Source of the DNA: Limnothrix sp. BL-A-16
Lineage (GTDB): Bacteria > Cyanobacteriota > Cyanobacteriia > CACIAM-69d
DNA: 64,000 nt
Direction: 5' to 3'
Assembly (NCBI GenBank): GCA_041937175.2
Contig: CP166615.1
Span: forward strand, 3,968,001 to 4,032,000
Part shown: piece after piece, positions 29,934 to 39,692 of the stretch
How positions within the stretch are numbered: position 1 is the first letter of the stretch
Layout of the letters: the number at the start of each line of letters is the position of its first letter
Position numbers and translations under genes: made by a program
Notes under the pieces: model-generated
The model's input: only the letters and a program-made list of their open reading frames with translations
What the model was told of the DNA's origin: nothing
Database searches by the model: none

Positions 29934-30263
29934 GGGCGTTTCAGGTAAGGTCGATTTTGAAGGGTTGGATCTTATTGGGATCGAAATTGGGCGGGCCCTT
30001 GCGGCCGGCCGTCTTTCATTTTGCCATAGGGGTTGCGCTCCCAACGGGCGATCGGCTCGTTGGGGGAGGCTGATACCATGGACTGGTAACTTTTCAAAAA
30101 TTTCGGCAAGGGCTGGGCTGTGGCTGCAACTTCATCTCCTTGGGTCTCGGTGGCACGCATGGTGGAAGAGCTGCTCTACTCAACTCGCCATCGGGCCAGC
30201 CTGGGCCCGACGGCGCGGGGCCCGGCGGCCCGGCGGGGGCGCTCATCGCGTCCGGTCGGCCCA

Positions 30264-31172
30264 ATGGCGAATTCCCAACCTAGTCGCCCCCAGCCAACTC
30301 GGCGTGATTCGCTGGATGATCCTTGGGCCGATGACCCCGATCGCTACGTGGATGAATATGCGAACCAAGATGCCGACCAATATGTCGATCGCCCCGTAGA
30401 CCGGCTCGGCGATCGATCCCTCAATCGCCGGCCACGCCCCAGCCACCATCCGCGTAAAACACGCCTCCGCTCTCGCTACGCGGCCCGATCGATCATCACC
30501 CGGCGTTGGTTGCCTTGGGTTGCCGGTGGCAGCCTGCTCTTGCTGTCGGATTGGCAGCTAGGATCCGCCGCTGCGGCCGGTGGAGCCGTGGTTTGGCTGG
30601 TCTACCGCACCGAGCCGCGCCATTGGCAATCCCTCGATCGACAAATTCAAGGTTGGTTGCGAGAACTGAACCGGGGCGAAAACGGCAAGCTGACCCTGGC
30701 CCTGGTGGGTGGTGGTGCAGCCATGCTGAGCACCTACGTGGCCGCGGCCGTGTTGGGAGAATCGACCGGCTGGCTGGGGGCGGCCACGGTGCTTCAGGGA
30801 TTTGGAACCCTGGGCGCATTGGCCCTGCTGGTGCGCCACTGGCTCGGCCAACCCACGATCGAGCACGATCGCCTCTTCCATCGGGCGATCGAGCGATTGA
30901 GCGATCGCGATCCCCTTTCCCAACTGGCCGCCGCCCGCCAACTGGGCCACCTGGCCGATCGGGGGCACTTGGATGCCACCCAAACACGCACCGCCGCCGA
31001 CTGTGTACGGTTGCTGTTGCAACAGGGGTGCGATCGCCCCGTCCATGAAGCCGCTTGGGATACCTTGGCCGTGCTGGAACCGGTGGGCGCAGAACCCGGA
31101 GCCGCCCGATCGGGACGATCGCCCCAGCCCGTTTTGGTGCGTTTGCCTCGGGTCACGGTTCGATCGCGCTAA
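30264..31172 (+). CDS. Hypothetical membrane protein with a helical C-terminal domain
   Basis: Long ORF with several hydrophobic segments and a HEAT-like tail; start uncertain (30120-30264). Confidence 0.65.
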   Translation: MANSQPSRPQPTRRDSLDDPWADDPDRYVDEYANQDADQYVDRPVDRLGDRSLNRRPRPSHHPRKTRLRSRYAARSIITRRWLPWVAGGSLLLLSDWQLGSAAAAGGAVVWLVYRTEPRHWQSLDRQIQGWLRELNRGENGKLTLALVGGGAAMLSTYVAAAVLGESTGWLGAATVLQGFGTLGALALLVRHWLGQPTIEHDRLFHRAIERLSDRDPLSQLAAARQLGHLADRGHLDATQTRTAADCVRLLLQQGCDRPVHEAAWDTLAVLEPVGAEPGAARSGRSPQPVLVRLPRVTVRSR

Positions 31173-31178
31173 CCCTAG

Positions 31179-31339
31179 GAGTGTTGTCATTTCGCCCAAA
31201 ACCCTGATTCCACCGTGACAAAATCGCGAGGGGCAAGGGGCTTACTCGTGAGGGGCAAGGGGCTTAAGCCCCTTGTTACGACGATTTGGCAACGGAAAAT
31301 CTAGGGTTTCAGCCTTACATCGAGAAATGAGGACAGGGC
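31179..31339. mobile_element. MITE copy A2 (161 bp, with an internal duplication of about 22 bp)
   Basis: CTAG|GAGTGTTGTCATTTCGCCCAAAACCCT ... GAAATGAGGACAGGGC|CTAA; perfect palindrome at 31256-31275; collinear with 9876-10015. Confidence 0.8.
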
Positions 31340-31623
31340 CTAATCCCCAGCGATCAAACTGATGGGATTGGGGTGGAAGTTTCCCGGGTGGAACAGCGAA
31401 TTCTTGAGAAAACCAGAAAATTTGAGAAAATTGCACCCGGTTCGTGTTTAAGGTTTCATGGGCTACCGTTTCCTGAAGATCGCGGCCAGCCCACATTGGC
31501 AGTCGATCGCAACCAGTTAAGATAGAAATACCAACTTCCATCGGGGTCACCTTCAATCGCGTTGCCAGGGTGCAACAAGCGCACGCGATTCCCGAGTTCT
31601 AAGCCTTGCACCAAAGGAGGCCT

Positions 31624-31869
31624 ATGCTTCAAGACCCTAGAGCCGTCCGCCACTTTCAAAAAATCGCCGATACGATCGCTGAACTGTGGAATCGGGGCTA
31701 CCGCTTTGACGATATGCGGATGTACCTTGACGGTTACTTGGCAGCCCTGCGTTACACCGAGTCCTTGGAAGCGTTTTCGATTAATCGTCTCGAAGAGGAA
31801 GCCACGCGCTATCTCTACGACCCATCCAACTACGACATGGTGCAACCTCAGCCGGATTTGGTTGAATAG
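31624..31869 (+). CDS. Conserved small cyanobacterial protein (DUF6761-like)
   Basis: AGGAGG RBS at 31615-31620; MLQD...ELWNRGYRFDDMRMYLDGYLAALR pattern. Confidence 0.8.
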   Translation: MLQDPRAVRHFQKIADTIAELWNRGYRFDDMRMYLDGYLAALRYTESLEAFSINRLEEEATRYLYDPSNYDMVQPQPDLVE

Positions 31870-32487
31870 TGCCGCTGACCGCGCTCCAATGTCCGCGATC
31901 CAATGTTTTGATGATTTGATGGGTCATTTGATCAGTGATTTGATTGTTGCAGTCACGTTCTCAGGAGATTGTTCCTAATCACGTTGCCGGCATCATATCC
32001 CCTTCAAATCTTTTGCAACTTCCCTTTTGCAACTTCTCTCAGTCGATTGTCAGGCAAATTAGGTGTTCAAATTCACTTTTTCAACTCTTGTTGACTTGAA
32101 AATTTGATAACCCAACTCAATGGGCTAATAAGAACCAACCTGCTGTTGTTGTCGTCAAGTCATGTTTCAGCGTATGGGACTGAAACAAGGTTGGCTCAAG
32201 AATTTGGAGTATAAGTCTCTCCTTTTTCTTGCTCTAGCATGGTGTTTTTAAAGATTGGTAGACTGATTGGGGCATCCTATGCAAAATTGGGATCCTGGTC
32301 AGTTTTTTTGTGGGCTGATTTTTTGTGGGCTGATTTTTTGCGGGCTAGATGAGTGCTGGGTGAGTCCAGCTAGCTACTGGTTCATGAAATTGGTGATTAA
32401 CTTGTTAACGAAGCGGCGGATCGTTGGATTTTGATCGCTGGATTTTGATGATCTGATTTTGATGGTTTGAGCAGGATAACCAAGCGC

Positions 32488-32961
32488 ATGGGTGTAGTGA
32501 CTTTAAGACCAGCTCGATCGCCCGATCGGGATTTGGTGCTGTCCTTAATTAGTCAGCTTTATGAGCATGAGTCCATTGAATTTGCCCTCGATCGGGTGGG
32601 GCCTGCGCTCGATCGGCTCCTGGCCCAACCGGATTGGGGCACGGTGCTTTTGATTCAGCCGGAAAGTGATCCCCAGCCCGATCGCCCGGCAATTGCCGGT
32701 TATGCCGTGTTGGCCTATCTTTACAGCCTCGAATTTGGCGGGATGGTGGCGCTGCTTGATGAGCTATGGATTAGCGAGGCCTGGCGCGGCCAAGGGTTGG
32801 GGCGCAAAACCATGGAAGCGATCGAGCAGTTCTGTGGCGATCGCGGGCTGGTGGCCCTGCGGTTAGAAGTGGGCAAAACTAACCTAGTTGCCCGATCGCT
32901 CTATCAGTCCTTGGGGTTCCAGGATCTCGATCGCGACTTTTGGACCAAGCGCCTCGGCTGA
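32488..32961 (+). CDS. GNAT N-acetyltransferase
   Basis: LDELWI...WRGQGLG acetyl-CoA motif A; N...LYQSLGF. Confidence 0.9.
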   Translation: MGVVTLRPARSPDRDLVLSLISQLYEHESIEFALDRVGPALDRLLAQPDWGTVLLIQPESDPQPDRPAIAGYAVLAYLYSLEFGGMVALLDELWISEAWRGQGLGRKTMEAIEQFCGDRGLVALRLEVGKTNLVARSLYQSLGFQDLDRDFWTKRLG

Positions 32962-33035
32962 GGGCCGGGCTGACGTGTTCTGCTTTCAGACTGCCGCACT
33001 ATTCCTATCACCGTTAATTTGCGTTCATTAGCCCT

Positions 33036-33548
33036 GTGATTTCCATCGAAAACCCCCAACCGGCCACCGTCCAGATTCGATCGGCCCAACCGGCGGATGT
33101 GACGGCCCTCTTTCACCTGATTGAAGCCCTAGCGGCCTACGAGAAACTGAGCCATCAGGTCACCGGTTCCCCGGAAGCCCTGCGATCGCACCTGTTTGGT
33201 GATCGGCCCTTTGCCGAAGCCCTGGTGGCCGAGGCCCAGCCCACAGCGGGCGGCGCGGCCGGCATCGTTGGGATGGCGCTGTTTTTCTATAACTATTCAA
33301 CTTTTCTAACCCGGCCAGGCTTGTATCTCGAAGATCTGTTCGTGTTGCCGGCCTATCGGGGTCAGGGTTTGGGGAAAGGACTCTTGCAAGCGGTGATCGA
33401 TCGGGCCCGATCGCAACAGTGCGGGCGGGTGGAGTGGAGCGTGCTGGACTGGAATGCTCCGGCGATCGCGTTTTATGAGCACATGGGCGCAACGGTTTTG
33501 CCCGACTGGCGAATTTGTCGGGTGCTGTTGCCTGAAGCGATCGCCTGA
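33036..33548 (+). CDS. GNAT N-acetyltransferase (SSAT/diamine acetyltransferase-like)
   Basis: LAAYEKL, YLEDLFV..YRGQGLG, WSVLDWNAPAIAFY. Confidence 0.92.
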   Translation: MISIENPQPATVQIRSAQPADVTALFHLIEALAAYEKLSHQVTGSPEALRSHLFGDRPFAEALVAEAQPTAGGAAGIVGMALFFYNYSTFLTRPGLYLEDLFVLPAYRGQGLGKGLLQAVIDRARSQQCGRVEWSVLDWNAPAIAFYEHMGATVLPDWRICRVLLPEAIA

Positions 33549-33598
33549 CAACCGGCCCACCAGCTCGCCCCGGCAAATTGTCTAGGGCGATCGGCTAA

Positions 33599-34345
33599 TT
33601 AATCCTGGATCTCAATGGGCGATCGTCCCAAAAACTCATCCAGCTTGGCCCGCACCACCTGGATGTCTTGCCACATCAACCATTTGGGGCTGCCCTTCTC
33701 TCGCGACTGGTTTCGCAGCAGGTAAGCAGGATGGAAAATGGGCATACAAAGCCGCCCTTCCCATTCCAGCCACTGGCCCCGAATTTTAGTAATTCCATCC
33801 TTGCGACCGGTCACGCCGCGCACCGCCGTGGCTCCGGTCAGCAAGATAATTTTTGGATCCACTAACCGAATCTGCTCCATCAGGTAGGGCCGACAGGCCG
33901 CCGCTTCCTCGGGGGTTGGGGTGCGGTTACCGGGCGGCCGACAGCGCACCACATTGCAGATATACACTTCCGTGGCTAGGTCAATGCGCACGGATTCCAG
34001 GATTTTTTCGAGCAACTGTCCCGATCGCCCCACAAAGGGCAACCCGGTTTCGTCCTCCGTTTGGCCCGGCCCTTCGCCAATAATCATGATTGGGGCCGTG
34101 GGCAACCCACGACCGACCACCACGTTGGTACGACCGCCGGCCAGCTCGCAACGCTGGCATTGGCGGCAATGGGCAAACAGCGCTTCAAGGCTGTTGTAGG
34201 TTCCCGGCGGAATGGGTTGCCGACCGTCTAGGGGAATCCGTTCGAGGTCGATCGCGGGGGGAGGTGGGGGCGCAGGCGGTGCAATGCCCCCAAAATCGAA
34301 CAAACTAATTTGCTCGCTCACGGGATCAGTGGCGGACACGATCAA
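33599..34345 (-). CDS. Uracil-DNA glycosylase family 4 (Fe-S)
   Basis: CQRC, GEGPG, PFVGRSG, NVVRCRPP, FHPAYLLR. Confidence 0.95.
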   Translation of the reverse strand: MIVSATDPVSEQISLFDFGGIAPPAPPPPPAIDLERIPLDGRQPIPPGTYNSLEALFAHCRQCQRCELAGGRTNVVVGRGLPTAPIMIIGEGPGQTEDETGLPFVGRSGQLLEKILESVRIDLATEVYICNVVRCRPPGNRTPTPEEAAACRPYLMEQIRLVDPKIILLTGATAVRGVTGRKDGITKIRGQWLEWEGRLCMPIFHPAYLLRNQSREKGSPKWLMWQDIQVVRAKLDEFLGRSPIEIQD

Positions 34346-34410
34346 ACAACTTCCTTTTTCTTCCGGTGGCTAGAGTCCGGTGGCAACCCGATCCTGGGGG
34401 CCGGGCTGAC

Positions 34411-35487
34411 CTAGACGGCGGCGGGTTCCATCCCCAGACGGGCCAGCAGTCGATCGAGATCAAAATGCTCGCCCATCAAGTGGCGGATGCATTGAATTTT
34501 AATCGGTTCCTGCAAACGCACTTGCCCAAAGGCCCGATCGACAATTTCCACCGTGGTCAACGTGTCTAGATCCACCGTCAGCACCGGAACTTCCAACTCT
34601 TCGGCGCGGGTGATGATTGTCGGATCCGGCGGCACTTGCCCCGTCAGAATCAAGCAATGGGTTGAGGTTTCCAAGGCTGCAAACTGAATATCAGCGCGAT
34701 CGCCCCCGGTCACCACGGCCATGTTGTTGCCCTTGCGGAAATACTTGAGGGCCGAATTCACGTTCATGGCCCCGATCTTCAGGTCTTCCACCATCAGTTC
34801 CAGGCGATCGCGGCAACAGAGCACTTCCGCATCCAGTTGGCGCACCAGTTCACCCACGCTGACACTTCGCAGCAGGGCGTTGCGCGGCAGCAGCCCCAAA
34901 ACGGGAATGCCTTGGGACTCCAAAAATGGCCGCGCTACACCGTTCACCGCGTCCAGTTCCTTGGCAGGCAAACGATTCAGCACCACGCCCGCCAGCCGAT
35001 CGCCCAGCAGTTCCCGCGCGGCCATCAGCCGATCGACCGTCAGGGTGGGTTCATAGGAACAAACCAGCAACACGGACGCATCCAACGTCCGCGCCATTTG
35101 GGCCATGGATAGTTCAAATAAACTGCCCTCTTGTAAGGAGGCGGGCCCCTCCATCAGCACCAACTCAGCGCTGGTGTTGCCATAATCCTCCAGCAAGGCG
35201 CTGTAGTGGGTGGGGTCTTCCCCTTGCAACCGCTTGAGCACCGCATCGGAGGTTAGTTGCACCAGCGTCGGCAGCAGTCGATCGCTCGGGAGGTTCAATG
35301 TCTCGCGGATCAGCCGCACATCCGCATCTTCGCCATCCGTGGCCGTCATCAGGCCACCGAGCGGCTTCCCGTAACCGATCTTGATGTCCTTGGTGGCCAA
35401 CAGATGAGCCAGACCCAGCAATACCGCTGATTTGCCGCTGTACTCTTCCGTAGAACCGACGATCAAATGCCTGGGACGAAACGGCAC
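34411..35487 (-). CDS. Phosphotransacetylase N-terminal-like (BioD-like + DRTGG) protein
   Basis: YSGKS P-loop-like motif, VTGGDRADI, LILTG; no PTA catalytic domain. Confidence 0.88.
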   Translation of the reverse strand: MPFRPRHLIVGSTEEYSGKSAVLLGLAHLLATKDIKIGYGKPLGGLMTATDGEDADVRLIRETLNLPSDRLLPTLVQLTSDAVLKRLQGEDPTHYSALLEDYGNTSAELVLMEGPASLQEGSLFELSMAQMARTLDASVLLVCSYEPTLTVDRLMAARELLGDRLAGVVLNRLPAKELDAVNGVARPFLESQGIPVLGLLPRNALLRSVSVGELVRQLDAEVLCCRDRLELMVEDLKIGAMNVNSALKYFRKGNNMAVVTGGDRADIQFAALETSTHCLILTGQVPPDPTIITRAEELEVPVLTVDLDTLTTVEIVDRAFGQVRLQEPIKIQCIRHLMGEHFDLDRLLARLGMEPAAV

Positions 35488-36445
35488 GCTAAAACTCCTG
35501 TGTTGTGCAACAAACTGGGGCGAAATGAACCGTCTGCGGTTGAGGGAAATCGGTTGAAATCGGGGAACCGTGGCTCGATCGAAGGGCGATCGAAAAGGTT
35601 AGCGATCGTTGGCAGAACCGGCGGGGGTCTCTCGCTGCGTCACAGACCCGTTCAACAGATCCATCGGCCTTTGCGAGGGGGAAACTCCGCAACCCAGAAC
35701 CGTGGGCGGTCTTCAGTATTCAGAACGTGATTCAGAACGTGAATTGGCTTTCAGATGTCGTCAGATTTGAGGGGCGATTTTCAGGTGCGATCGACCCATC
35801 AAATCTGGAGGGATACCAGACATAGCAATCCTGTTAATGCAATTAAATCATTAATGTGTATTGCAGCGATTGCAACTGTCCATTACACCTGGTATGGAAG
35901 GGTAACGATTGTAACAAGTTGTTAGGGATTGTTGCCGCAATTTTGCGCCCTGAGTCCGGGTGGGCTGAGGTGTTTGGGGATCGCTCTTCCGGGTTTGAGA
36001 ATGGGTTTGGAAACCGACGGCCGGCCGCCGATGCGACCCGATCGCCCCTCTAGGGTTAATCATTCCCAAAATTTCTCGCCCATGGGCAGCTCCGAAGCAA
36101 CCCAATTCAAGGTTCCCCGGACGATTTGGCGGACGATGGGGCTAAGGGGGCAATTATGCGATCGTCTCCTAACATTACCAAAAAAATAATGCCTGATTTC
36201 GGTTGGATGCTGAACCTACCGTTGAGCCTGATGCGGGATTTGACTTCGGGATTTGATTCTGGAATTTGATTTCGGTCTGATTTTGATTTGGCCAAAGTCT
36301 GATCGGGTTTCGCTGGTCGGAGGCTGAAGGGTAAGTCCAACCAGCGATCGCACCAATCTGAGGGCCAATCCAAGCCGCGATCTAAGGGCTAGACCGAAGG
36401 GCCCAGCAAGGGCCGATCGGAAGGGATATTTTAGTCCGCTTGATC

Positions 36446-36820
36446 CTATTCCAAATGGCTCAGAAGCTTGCGATAAAAGGCCTTTGAAAAATCCGTCACC
36501 CGCGTTTTTTTATAGTCAATTAACACATCAATTAGAAAGCTAATAAATTCAAAATTAGCCATGGACACTTCGTAGCTTAATTCTGCATTGCCATCAAACT
36601 GAATTCGACAGCGGGTTAGGTCGGCCGGCAGGGTGGAAACACGCCAGGTGGCCACAAAGGGAATATCATCGCCGCCTTCAATGCGACGTTTACCCTCGAT
36701 CGATCCCTTTTGGTATAGCCCGATGGCAAAGGGCAACACGTTTCGTTTTGCGCCCTGATAGTAGGGCAGATAAACGCCAACGGCTCCCTTGGCGGCCGGT
36801 TCTAGTTTGTCCAACGACAT
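36446..36820 (-). CDS. ebsA: Type IV pilus/secretion-associated protein EbsA
   Basis: VYLPYYQG.KR..LPFAI.LY..G..EG.R.IEGG...LPADLTRC...DFSKAFYRKLL. Confidence 0.85.
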   Translation of the reverse strand: MSLDKLEPAAKGAVGVYLPYYQGAKRNVLPFAIGLYQKGSIEGKRRIEGGDDIPFVATWRVSTLPADLTRCRIQFDGNAELSYEVSMANFEFISFLIDVLIDYKKTRVTDFSKAFYRKLLSHLE

Positions 36821-37143
36821 GTGGCGTGGCCTCCTGTGGCCCGTGAGAGGATGACGAGATGATGGGGGGTGGTGACAGCATTGGGGCGATCGCGCCGTGG
36901 CCGTCAACCATCGGCAATTGCCGCATTTGCCATTATTGCCAAGCCAGACCCCTTCAACAAGGGGCGTTTGGGTCTCCAGAATTCCTCAAGAATGTCGTAA
37001 GAATACCGTTGATTCACCGGGCCTAAACTGCGCCAATTGGTGGGATGGATCGCTTGCGTGATTTGGCCGCAAGCGGTCTAATGCTAGGGAAGATTGCCGT
37101 TGATTAACCCCAACCCATTACTTGCACCATCTTCCTGAAGCAT

Positions 37144-38640
37144 ATGACGGAACCACTTCTTGACCGGGATGCTCTCGATCGAACCACGGCGGAATCGGGC
37201 GACCAGTGGGATTGGAGCGGTGGCCTCGAAGGGCGACGGCGCAAGGCGGCCACGGCTCTCTTTGTCCTTTGGTCCACGGTGGTGATGTTGCACTATGCGG
37301 CTTGGGGGCCGGCCTTTGTGTGGGTGGTGACGGTGTTGGCGGGGGCCTATGTGTTGCGAGTGATGGCGGCTCCCCAGGCGGCGGCGACTGCGCGATCGAC
37401 CGACCAACGCGCGCCGATCGCCCCGGATGTTTCCCGATCTCCGGTTGCTTTGGCGGCGGAGGCTTGGCCTTCGGTGGCGGTGTTGGTGTCGGCCAAGGAT
37501 GAGGAAGCGGTGATTGGGGCGCTGGTGAAACGCCTCTGCGCGATCGACTATCCAGCCGATCGCTACGAAGTTTGGATTATTGACGATGGCAGCAGCGATC
37601 GCACCCCCCAGGTGTTGCAACAACTGCAAACGGTTTATCCGCAATTGCGCGTTTTGCGGCGGCCGCCGGGGGCCGGGGGCGGCAAGTCCGGCGCGTTGAA
37701 TGCGGCCGTGGCCCAGGCGCGGGGCGAAATTTTGGTGGTGTTTGATGCGGATGCTCAAATGCAGCCGGATTTGTTGCGGCAGGTGGTGCCAGTTTTTGAT
37801 CGATCGAGCGTGGGCGCGGTGCAATTGCGCAAGGCGATCGTCCAAGCGGAAGCCCTTGATTTTCATCCCGATCGCAATAACTTTTGGATTCGGGGTCAGC
37901 AGGCAGAAATGGCCCTCGACAGCCACCTGCAAGGACAACGGGCCCGCCTGGGTGGCGTGGGCGAACTGCGAGGCAATGGTGAATTTATTCGGCGCGCCGC
38001 CCTCGAACAATGCGGCGGATTCAACGAAGCCACCATCACCGACGACTTGGATTTGGCCGTGCGGCTGCACCTGAACGGTTGGGATATTGAATGCTTGATG
38101 TTCCCGGCGGTTCTGGAAGAAGGCGTGACCCGCCTCAAGGCCCTGTGGCATCAGCGGAATCGCTGGGCCGAAGGGGGCTACCAACGCTATCTCGACTATT
38201 GGCGGGCGATCGCCGGGAATCGCGGTGGAGCCGCCAAAACCTTGGATTTAGCCGTGTTTTTGCTATTCCAATACCTCGTTCCCCAAATGATTGTGGCTGA
38301 CTGGGTTGTGGCCGGCATTCGGGGCGATGGGCCCGTGCTGACTCCGTTGGCTACGGCGGGGCTGTTGCTTTCCGCCTTGGGGATGGTGTTGGGGTTGCGA
38401 TTGGTGGCGGTGGGCACTGAATCCCCCACCCATTGGGGCGATCGCCTGGTCAGTTGGTTGCGCACCCTCAGCCAAACAGCCTTGGGTTTGGCGTACATGC
38501 TGCACTGGTTCCCCGTCATTGCCAGCATGGGTTTGCGGATTGCGGTGCGGCCCAAGCAGTTGAAATGGGTGAAAACGGCCCATGCCGGTTCCGGGGAACT
38601 GGCGATCGAGCTAGATGATCTCGACTCCGACCATTCCTAG
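37144..38640 (+). CDS. mgdA: GT2 monoglucosyldiacylglycerol synthase (MgdA-like)
   Basis: GRRRKAA before the N-terminal TM segments, DDGS, GGKSGALN, FDAD, TDDLDL, QRNRWAEGGYQRYLDYW. Confidence 0.82.
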   Translation: MTEPLLDRDALDRTTAESGDQWDWSGGLEGRRRKAATALFVLWSTVVMLHYAAWGPAFVWVVTVLAGAYVLRVMAAPQAAATARSTDQRAPIAPDVSRSPVALAAEAWPSVAVLVSAKDEEAVIGALVKRLCAIDYPADRYEVWIIDDGSSDRTPQVLQQLQTVYPQLRVLRRPPGAGGGKSGALNAAVAQARGEILVVFDADAQMQPDLLRQVVPVFDRSSVGAVQLRKAIVQAEALDFHPDRNNFWIRGQQAEMALDSHLQGQRARLGGVGELRGNGEFIRRAALEQCGGFNEATITDDLDLAVRLHLNGWDIECLMFPAVLEEGVTRLKALWHQRNRWAEGGYQRYLDYWRAIAGNRGGAAKTLDLAVFLLFQYLVPQMIVADWVVAGIRGDGPVLTPLATAGLLLSALGMVLGLRLVAVGTESPTHWGDRLVSWLRTLSQTALGLAYMLHWFPVIASMGLRIAVRPKQLKWVKTAHAGSGELAIELDDLDSDHS

Positions 38641-38770
38641 GCAGCGCAGCAGTCTGAATTCATCGGGTCAACGTTGCGGAATCAGTCGCCATAACAAGGG
38701 GCTTAAGCCCCTTGCCGCCTGACGATCTGGGAGTAGCAGCCAGTGGAATTGACTGATGAATTGACCGATC
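38641..38770 (+). repeat. Dispersed repeat cassette B, copy 2 (palindrome at 38695-38714)
   Basis: Inverted homolog of 14490-14626; starts right after the mgdA TAG stop. Confidence 0.8.
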
Positions 38771-38828
38771 ATAAGAAGCTTGCCTTGCGACTGGTCAGCA
38801 CATCAAAAAGCACACCTAAAGAGGGCAT

Positions 38829-39692
38829 ATGCTCGCAAATTGGCGCTTTTGGGTCATGGGTCTGATCGTGGGAATGGTGGTGGGATGTCGTGCGGACTCG
38901 AACAGCCCCAAGGGCCAAGCAAAACCCCAACAAACCCTGACTGTTTCCGCCGCCGCCAGCTTGCAACCCGCCCTCACTACCCTGCAAGCGGAATATCGCC
39001 TGGTGGAACCCACGGTGCAGTTAAGCCTCAATTTCGGTTCTTCCGGCGCGCTCAAGCAGCAGATTTTGCAAGGGGCCCCCGTGGATCTGTTCATTTCTGC
39101 CGACACTAAGACCATGGCAGAGTTGGCGGGGGCGGGTCTGGTAGATCCGACAACCCAACGAGATTTGCTGACGAATGAGTTGATTTTGGTGGCGCGCTCT
39201 GGCATTTCCCTGCGGAGTTGGCAAGATCTGGCTCGGCCAGGGGTGAAATTTGTGGCGATCGGGGATCCGGAACGCGTGCCGGTCGGTCGCTATGCCCGCG
39301 CCACGTTGGTGTCTTTGGATCTTTGGAAAGCCGTGCAGCCGAAGTTGGTTCTGGGCCAGGATGTCAGACAGGTATTGACGGCGGTGGTGACTGGCAATGC
39401 GGATGCGGGGGTGGTGTATGCCTCCGATGTGCGCCGATCAACTGAGCCGCCAGAGGGGTTGGTGGTGGTGGGGGATGCGCCGCCGGGATCCCATCCGCCC
39501 ATCACTTACCCGATCGCGGTGATGGCCAAAACGCGCCAACCGGCCGCCGCTCGCCAATTTGCCGACTGGTTGGGGAAACCCACCGCCCGATCGATCTTTG
39601 TTCGCTATGGGTTTGTGCCCCTGAGTTTTGGGAGTGCTTCACCCTTGCCGCATCCGGTGGCGGCCCCTAAGCGATCGCCCGCCCATTCATGA
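38829..39692 (+). CDS. modA: Molybdate ABC transporter substrate-binding lipoprotein
   Basis: Lipobox VVGC, SAAASL, FGSSGAL..QI.QGAP.DLFISA, VPVGRYA, VYASD. Confidence 0.95.
   Translation: MLANWRFWVMGLIVGMVVGCRADSNSPKGQAKPQQTLTVSAAASLQPALTTLQAEYRLVEPTVQLSLNFGSSGALKQQILQGAPVDLFISADTKTMAELAGAGLVDPTTQRDLLTNELILVARSGISLRSWQDLARPGVKFVAIGDPERVPVGRYARATLVSLDLWKAVQPKLVLGQDVRQVLTAVVTGNADAGVVYASDVRRSTEPPEGLVVVGDAPPGSHPPITYPIAVMAKTRQPAAARQFADWLGKPTARSIFVRYGFVPLSFGSASPLPHPVAAPKRSPAHS

Noticed and set aside
32160..32350. Possible CRISPR array
   Set aside because: Only one repeat-like end is present, the nearby 15-bp units are contiguous tandem repeats without spacers, and no cas genes are in the window.
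37084..38184. Long antisense or alternative-frame ORFs (also 15029-15934, 28745-29710, 40447-41601, 40542-41501)
   Set aside because: These are shadow ORFs expected in GC-rich coding DNA; they overlap well-supported genes and have no motifs.
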